Below are positions 57,357 to 64,000 of a stretch of 64,000 nt of DNA, piece after piece. The notes beneath the pieces were generated by a model that did not search any database, was not told the origin of the DNA, and was given only the letters and a program-made list of their open reading frames with translations. The position numbers were made by a program, and so were the translations under genes. Within the stretch, counting starts at the first letter, position 1. The number at the start of each line of letters is the position of its first letter. This DNA is from Massalongia carnosa (lineage: Eukaryota), in NCBI GenBank assembly GCA_965645245.1, contig OZ287074.1, forward strand, positions 1,736,001 through 1,800,000. Direction: 5' to 3'.

Positions 57357-58721
57357 ATGTCAACCTCCGAAACACCGTCCCTGGTCGATTTTCTTCGAAG
57401 ATCTTACCCATCCGCCATATTTACCACTACCTCCGATGCAGATATCTCCCAATTCGCTCATAACATCTTTCCCAATACCTCGTACACCGACATCGAAAAA
57501 ATAGAAATGACTCAATGGCTAACAACCTCTTCCCGTCTGGCATCGCTTGACGAGGACGAAGCCAAGCATGCTGAACGTCTAGGCTCGCTTAATATCCATC
57601 TCTCCACGCGGACAACCCTGCTGGGCACCAAGCCCTCGATTGCGGATGTAGCTCTCTACTTTCGAATCGCTCCTACGGTGAAGGCGTGGACGGTGGAGGA
57701 GCGCACCGGTGAGCATGGCTATCATCATGTTGTGCGGTTCATCGACTTTGTACAAAACGCACCGCTCTTTGGGATCTCGCTTAATGTGGAGGAAAAGGTC
57801 GATGTCGACGTTAACGACGTCAAATTCGTGCAGAAGCCTGTAGACGCGAAGGAGGAGAAGGAGCGAAAGAAGAAGGAGAAGGCTGCTGCAGCTACAGCGC
57901 TAATTAAAGATACTGGTTCTCAAGAGTCACTTCCTGTTGGCAAAAGCAAAGACAAAGCCACCCACCAGAGCGATCAAGGACTCGACCCTGCAACCACCTC
58001 AGTTCAAGCCACACCTTCCTCGCACCCGCAATCCTCAGTCCCCAAAAGAGAAAAAAAAGAAAAACCCGCCAAAACCCCTAAACCACCGCCAGCCGATGCC
58101 CCCATCCTCTCCCCTTCCCTCATCGACCTCCGTGTCGGCCACATTCTGCGCGCCATTCCCCATCCAAACGCCGATTCCCTCTACGTCTCCACCATAGCCT
58201 GTGGGGATTCCTCCTCCACACCCAATACTTCCTTTGATGAAGCCACGGGCAAAACCGTCCGCACCGTGTGCTCCGGGCTCAACGGGCTCATCCCCCTCTC
58301 CGAGCTGCAAAACCGCAAAGTCGTCGCGGTCTGCAACCTCAAACCCGTCACCATGCGCGGCGTCAAGTCCGCAGCCATGGTTCTCGCGGCTTCGCCGAGC
58401 TCGGTTCCCGGCGAGGAAGCCGACTCAGCGCACAAGGGACCAGTGGAGCTAGTGAACCCGCCCGAAGGTGCGGAGGCCGGGGACCGGGTGTATTTTGAGG
58501 GCTGGGAGGGCGAGCCTGAGAGCGTGTTAAATCCCAAGAAGAAGGTGTGGGAGACGCTGCAGCCGGCGTTTACCACGACCGGGGAGATGGAGGTTGGGTT
58601 TCGGGCCGGGGCGATAGAGGGCTTGAAAGAGAGAGGGGCGGGGTCCGGGGGAGTGGCTAAGTTGAGAACGAAAGGTGGGGTGTGCTCCGTGAAGAGCTTG
58701 CGGGGGGCGGTTGTGCGGTGA
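57357..58721 (+). CDS. ARC1: Aminoacyl-tRNA synthetase cofactor Arc1 (GST-like N-terminus, C-terminal tRNA-binding OB fold)
   Basis: HLSTRTTLLGTKPSIADVA...RFIDFVQN, a K-rich linker, then IDLRVGHI...HPNADSLYVSTI...TVCSGL...VCNLKPVTMRGVKSAAMVLAAS...LNPKKKVWE. Confidence 0.93.
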   Translation: MSTSETPSLVDFLRRSYPSAIFTTTSDADISQFAHNIFPNTSYTDIEKIEMTQWLTTSSRLASLDEDEAKHAERLGSLNIHLSTRTTLLGTKPSIADVALYFRIAPTVKAWTVEERTGEHGYHHVVRFIDFVQNAPLFGISLNVEEKVDVDVNDVKFVQKPVDAKEEKERKKKEKAAAATALIKDTGSQESLPVGKSKDKATHQSDQGLDPATTSVQATPSSHPQSSVPKREKKEKPAKTPKPPPADAPILSPSLIDLRVGHILRAIPHPNADSLYVSTIACGDSSSTPNTSFDEATGKTVRTVCSGLNGLIPLSELQNRKVVAVCNLKPVTMRGVKSAAMVLAASPSSVPGEEADSAHKGPVELVNPPEGAEAGDRVYFEGWEGEPESVLNPKKKVWETLQPAFTTTGEMEVGFRAGAIEGLKERGAGSGGVAKLRTKGGVCSVKSLRGAVVR

Positions 58722-59059
58722 TCGTTTGATTTCGAAAGTGGCTTGTGAACGTCGAGTAGATGGATGCATAGCAGGTGGGGTTTGGCAAACTACAGCTACA
58801 AAGGTATACGTAAGTAAATAACAGCACATGATCAATAGCATTAGAAGAAGTCTCAAGCTTCCGCTTTCGCCACGTCATGCCAGCTCTCGAGTATCTCGTA
58901 CATAACCTTCCTGGCTCAGCCACTTACTCTGGGCCCCTTTCTTAGCTAACCCCACCCATAACCCCGGACCCCCCCCCTTTTTCCCAAGTCAACACCTCAG
59001 CACTAGCTACCTTGGTAGTCAGTCCCCACCAGGACGAACACGCTCTTGCCCGTCCATGC

Positions 59060-61327
59060 TCACCACCCCCCCACCTCCTCCCCACAGACCCAATCGAGTT
59101 TCAGCAACAACCTCTCGACGCCCCAGCCCGCCCACGGCACGAACCGCCCCCTGGCCCCCCCTTCCCCTTCCGGAAACCCACCGCTCACCATATCCTCCAT
59201 CCCTCCCCCACGCCCCAGTCCCTCCCCGTACTGCCCCCTCGCTCCACTCCCCCTCCCATCCACGCCCCGGCCCCTATCAACCTCCCTCAACACCTCCACT
59301 AGGCTCTTCACGCGTGTCTCCAACCCCCGAGCCTCGAGCCTCAACTCCTCTTGGACCTCCTCCTGCTCGCCGACATCCCCGCCTACTTGGACCGTGACGG
59401 CAAGCCGCTGTGTCAGCGCGCAGAGCTGCGCCGTGGAGCGGAGGAGGTCATGGAGCGCTGTGGAGAAGGGGACGTGGGTGAGAAGAAGGCGATGGGTGAG
59501 CGCGGCAAGGTAGAGGGTGTGCGCTTTGGAGAGGGTTTCTGGGTCGTGGGGTGGGGGCGGGAGCACGCGGTTGGGGTTGGGGTTGCTTGATGGAGGTGGG
59601 GAGGAGGAAGGAAGAAGAGTGGTCGAAGACGATGGCGAGGAGGAGAGATCCAGCCAATTGTGGAAATGTGACCAGGAGCTTTGGATGATTTGGCCTTGGA
59701 AGTACTCGCTTAGTTCCGCCAGGAGAAAAATTACGGACCCGATGGCGGCCCAGATCGAACGCATGCTTTTCGCGCCGCTATGGATGCGTTGGTGGGTTTC
59801 AGACTGTTGCAGTTCATGACGGGAACGGCGGAGGGCGGAGAGGAGAAATAGTTGGGTGAGGCGGACGTGGGCATGGCGGATGGAGAGGAGGTAGGCGTGG
59901 ATGCGGGAGTAAGTTTCTATGTTTGCAGGGGAGAAGAGGAGGTCGAGGGGAGAGGGCACGCGGAGGGTGAGCGTTGTTGGCGTAGGGAGAAGGAAATCGT
60001 CAAAGGTAGGGGTGGAGCGGTCGGTGGCTTGCGATGCTGTTTTGGCCGATTGGTCGGCCGCGTGAGGCTTAAGCATAAGCCTAATAAGTTCACGGGCGAG
60101 ATCCAAGTCATCATCCACGTCGTCGTCATTGTGTGCGTCCTGCAGTGAGGAGAGAGTGGTCCACGTCCGGGCCAGGACGGTGAAGACTTCGCCTTCTTTC
60201 ATGACCATGCTGCCTAAGCCCTTGTATCCCTTTTGCTGAGGCCTGTCCAAAAAACGATTGTGCCTCGCTGCGAGACGCTCATCGGCAGCAGAGACCAATG
60301 CAATAGCGAATTCTCCTCGCTCAAGGAGGAAGAAATCTTTGAGGATGCGGAGGAGCTCTAGGACTTTGACTTGGGGGAGAAGCTTCTGTAGGGCGTTTTT
60401 GGATAGGGAGAGTCGGATCGCCGAAATGCTTGCTGAGAAGGTTGAAGGGCTAATAGGAGATCCCAGAGTGGACAGATGGGCAAGATGCAATGGGAGCAGT
60501 TCCAGTTCAGGGGCCTTCCCTGTCGAGGCGCCATCTATGATCAACGATCTCTTGTCCCTGATGTGGTTGAGAGACTTGCCAATGAAAAAGACGGAGTTTG
60601 CTGTAGAAGGCGTGACAAAAGTAGGCACCAAAGCATCCTTGATGTAGTAGATATCTGTAGATCTATCCGCCTTTCCCTCGCTGTTCTCTCGAGTTATGAA
60701 AAAGTCTGTTGCTCCCAGCGTGGGAAGTCGGCCATAGAGCACCCAGGCAGAGACCTGCTTGAGCCATGCCCCCTCCGCAACTTTAGTCAGTTGCAGCGAG
60801 ATCTGTTCAATGTCGGGATACCCAGTGTGGGTGGATTCTCGCAGGCGCTCCAGTATTTGCCTAGCAGTACATGATTGCTGCCCTCCGAATATCTCTTGAT
60901 CAGCTAAATCAGGCTGTATAAACTGTGCCAGACTCCAAAGCCACTCTAATTTCCTAGCCCACCCGTCGAATTCGCCCACAAGCCCCGAAAGAGGAACGAT
61001 ATTGTACGCCCCAACAAGTCTCGAGTTCTCTTCCAGTATCCATTGCTCCACTTCTAAGATCTTCTGCTGGAACTTTGCAAGATGGCTTGAGATAATCGCC
61101 GTGGATACAGCTCGACAGACGATGGAGCTATGCGTTGCAGAAATCCTAGTCGCCCGTTCTCGAACATTCTTGTGCTTTTCGCCCAAGTCCTGGGCAAGGG
61201 ATCTTAGTAAGGCAGTCTCTGCTGGTGAGAGCAGGTCTTGAAGTGGTCCATTGTTGGCTTCGTTAACTGAAGGAGACAAAAGTGATGAAGGATGACCGGA
61301 GAGGGCTAAGAGAAGTTCGTGAAGCAT
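59060..61327 (-). CDS. GCP4: Gamma-tubulin complex component, Spc97/Spc98 family (GCP4-like)
   Basis: N-terminus MLHELLLALSGHPS, QVSAWVLYGRLP, LKDFFLLERGEFA, YSRIHAYLLSIR, HDPETL...H..YL, LLLKLD; intronless. Confidence 0.88.
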   Translation of the reverse strand: MLHELLLALSGHPSSLLSPSVNEANNGPLQDLLSPAETALLRSLAQDLGEKHKNVRERATRISATHSSIVCRAVSTAIISSHLAKFQQKILEVEQWILEENSRLVGAYNIVPLSGLVGEFDGWARKLEWLWSLAQFIQPDLADQEIFGGQQSCTARQILERLRESTHTGYPDIEQISLQLTKVAEGAWLKQVSAWVLYGRLPTLGATDFFITRENSEGKADRSTDIYYIKDALVPTFVTPSTANSVFFIGKSLNHIRDKRSLIIDGASTGKAPELELLPLHLAHLSTLGSPISPSTFSASISAIRLSLSKNALQKLLPQVKVLELLRILKDFFLLERGEFAIALVSAADERLAARHNRFLDRPQQKGYKGLGSMVMKEGEVFTVLARTWTTLSSLQDAHNDDDVDDDLDLARELIRLMLKPHAADQSAKTASQATDRSTPTFDDFLLPTPTTLTLRVPSPLDLLFSPANIETYSRIHAYLLSIRHAHVRLTQLFLLSALRRSRHELQQSETHQRIHSGAKSMRSIWAAIGSVIFLLAELSEYFQGQIIQSSWSHFHNWLDLSSSPSSSTTLLPSSSPPPSSNPNPNRVLPPPPHDPETLSKAHTLYLAALTHRLLLTHVPFSTALHDLLRSTAQLCALTQRLAVTVQVGGDVGEQEEVQEELRLEARGLETRVKSLVEVLREVDRGRGVDGRGSGARGQYGEGLGRGGGMEDMVSGGFPEGEGGARGRFVPWAGWGVERLLLKLDWVCGEEVGGW

Positions 61328-61856
61328 TTCGATGAGACATGGTAGTCACCGCAGCTAAGATAGAAAACAAAACCAAGTAGGAAGTTCATCCAAACGCTTC
61401 GGTTCCAATCACGGACTCGGAAGCCGTGCTATGGTCAAAATCATCTATACCTGAGGTGAGACATTATTCTTGAATTTGACTACTGTTCAGATATCTTGAA
61501 GCAAGGGATTTGCTGTGATCACAACTACATAATCTCATCCTAAGGAACCAAACTCAGCTTCAATTGCTATGTAGAAATCGCTCTTAGGCGTCCTCTTACA
61601 CTCCTCCTCCAACAAAGTGTTAAATAAACCATCGTGGTACAATCCACGATACTAAGAAATGGAAAGCATGCGCAACGTACACAACGCACCGCGATATGAC
61701 TAACCCACATAAAAGATATTACCCAGGAGTCGGGCAAAGCTGTATCATCCTACAGGGGACAGCCCATCCCTCCAATTGTTTGACAAGATAGTCCATGGTA
61801 GGTACCTGAGAATATGGATTTTACATCCACCAAAACCCAAAGACCTTCGGATCTTG

Positions 61857-63194
61857 CTATTCGTAGGTAGGCCTATATTTATCGCCATATTTCGGCCACA
61901 ATGGCGGAAGGCTACGAGTAAGAGCAGCTGGGGCAGCGACAGCAAATGCTCTACGAGGGCGCTGAGGCAGACTCCAGGGACGACGCTCCTGAGGAAATTC
62001 GCGCTTGTCGCGATGGCGCGAACGAGCTGAAGCGAAGTCTCGCTCCTGAGGAAACTCGCGCTTGTCGCGATGGCGCGGATGGACCGAACCGAGCTCCCGT
62101 TGGCGATGAACCGGGCCTCTACTAGCTTCAGGCTGGTGGATGTTCTCAAGAAAAGGGGGCACAGTAGTGATCCTCCTCCGATGTGACGGGAATTTAGGGC
62201 GGGTGGGTTCAAAGTTTCGGTTTTTCCCACCAGAGCTATGCTCGACAACCTCAACTGCGTGCTGCAATATGGAGCCTAACTCAAGAAGCTTCTCTGAGAT
62301 TCCATCGGATTCAGCATCAGATCCCCCATTGCTGGACGCTATAGAGGTTACGTGCAACTGAAGGTAAGACATTGCGTTTTCAATAGTCTCACGCAGGAAT
62401 TTGGCTGCTAGAGTGCGGCGATAACAGTCTTGGTTGTACACCTGGAACTCTTGACGCGCGGTTACGTAAAAACCCCAAAGCCGAAGGAAATTGGTATCTG
62501 TATCTAGATTGATACCTTCCGCTGGCAAGGGGGGTTCGCCAGAGCTATTTTTCACACGAGTGTGATTGATGGCTCCAGAGAGTACGGGCAGCGCGTGCTG
62601 AGGGCTAGTCTCCGATCCCGAAGAAAGAAAGAGCTCATCTATTTCTGCTAGATTGCGAATATCCTGGGATTTGCGAATCGCTGCATAATCCAAATCAGTC
62701 AAGGTATCGCGGCCTTGAGTTAGTTGTGGCTTCGTCTGATCACTACTAGTTGGATCTATCCATATAGGAGGAAAAATTAGCAAAGAAACCCGAGTTTAGT
62801 GCGATTCTATGTCATGCATACCAATCAATAAATATTCTTTTGCTTTAATTGCGGTTGCTAGAAATTCTTCTGTATCTGTAGGGGCAACAATCCTGAAACC
62901 AATGATCTCGTCCAAGTAGAGCTCGATGGCTCCTGTACGGTTCTCTTCATCTCCCATTAAGATGATAAAAGCTTTCTGTATAATGCTGACCTCGTGGTCC
63001 TCAAGGCGATAGGAACGTCCACGAAGCATCCTAAGATCGTGGGCAAGGATCTTGTCAAAAGTCTCCCCATCCTCAGGGGTACTATAGAGGCGAGATACCG
63101 CAGGATGAAGAACCTCAATTGTGCGATAATAATTGATTATATCTCTGACACGGATTTCACCATCTTGCATTGTTGCGTAGGGGAACGGATCCAT
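61857..63194 (-). CDS. Hypothetical two-exon protein with no recognised family
   Basis: ORFs 62796-63194 and 61857-62783 are in the same frame and are joined by a GTATGC...GCTAAT...TAG intron at 62756-62821. Confidence 0.7.
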
Positions 63195-64000
63195 CCTGGT
63201 GGACGACCTACTGTGATCGTAAACTGGACTATCCTTATTCGAAGTCGATGAAGATATAGTTTAGTCACCAGGACAGTCTCTTTCAGGGTGAGTTTATATG
63301 CTAGACAAAGACGAAGAAAGATTGCACATCACTGATGAGCGACTGAGATTATTAGGTAATTATAGATCTTTCACGCGGTTCATTGCAATCGCTGAATGAT
63401 TATCTTCGCGTTTTTCCTTCAATTGATCCGGTGACATCTAGGGGGGTTTTCCAGGCCGACGCCGGCGCTAGCGTGATGTCTGGCTAAACATAACATAAGT
63501 AGCGTTATTATCTTAAATAGCTTCCTCTCGAGTCCCGGACCTCAGCGTGGCTGCCTTTGGTCTCTCGTAAGAGCATGATAACGTGGCAATCTTAACAGTT
63601 ATCCTACTTTGGCCAGCATACCGACAGACTCCTACCGCAGCTACATTAACTCGGGATGGTATGGCTAAAGAAATCATAGTCATTGTGAATGCATTGGTGA
63701 CTAGAACAAAACTCCCGAAAGCAGTGCTACAAACGAAATCGATGGAAGTAATATATATTCTTGTAACACATGGGAGAAAGCAACGGGGGGTGGTATCCTC
63801 CAGAAACTCCGATCTCATAATACATAATGAAAGGAAGGCCTAGCGTAACCTCTCGATATCTAGGATTTCAGACTTGTTGTTGAGATAGCTTTGGCGAAGT
63901 AGTATGTCGTTGAGAGGCTAGCTAATATCACGAGCTGAGCTAGAGTATTCGCTATTCCTAGAAGTTTAATAGCTTGCTGCAAGATCATTAGCGGCGCACG

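Noticed and set aside
63440..63455. AGGGGGGTTTTCCAGG resembling the Harbinger TIR
   Set aside because: Low-complexity partial match with no subterminal repeats or partner end in the window.
63513..64000. ORFs at the right edge
   Set aside because: Stop-riddled, no recognisable product, truncated by the window.

Overview
Intron-rich genomic DNA from a filamentous ascomycete (Pezizomycotina; a lichen-forming lineage is plausible but is only an inference). Conserved housekeeping genes are ADE6, CCA1, U1A/U2B'' snRNP protein, VMA8, SYF1, GEA2/GBF1, ANP1, MTR3, an ACS-family MFS transporter, NBP35, CHO2, ARC1 and GCP4. They are separated by three mobile or decaying islands. (1) 1-6.3 kb: a complete two-gene PIF/Harbinger-type element (17-bp TIRs, AAT duplication). 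It carries a 106-bp near-perfect palindrome and a nested IS630/Tc1-type DD38E element flanked by a 5-bp duplication (ACCAG) rather than TA. (2) 20.4-28.7 kb: two pseudogenised secreted/surface-protein genes, a 5'-truncated Tad1-like LINE inside a putative non-autonomous DNA element, and a 260-bp MITE with termini like the nested Tc1-like element and again a 5-bp duplication (CCTGG). (3) 34.7-37.1 kb: a dead pogo/Fot1 element just upstream of GEA2, whose mutations look CpC-biased rather than classic CpA RIP. An intronless 1037-aa vWA-like protein of unknown function is the most unusual non-TE gene. No tRNA, rRNA or CRISPR array was recognised. All assignments come from reading motifs by eye; no searches were run.
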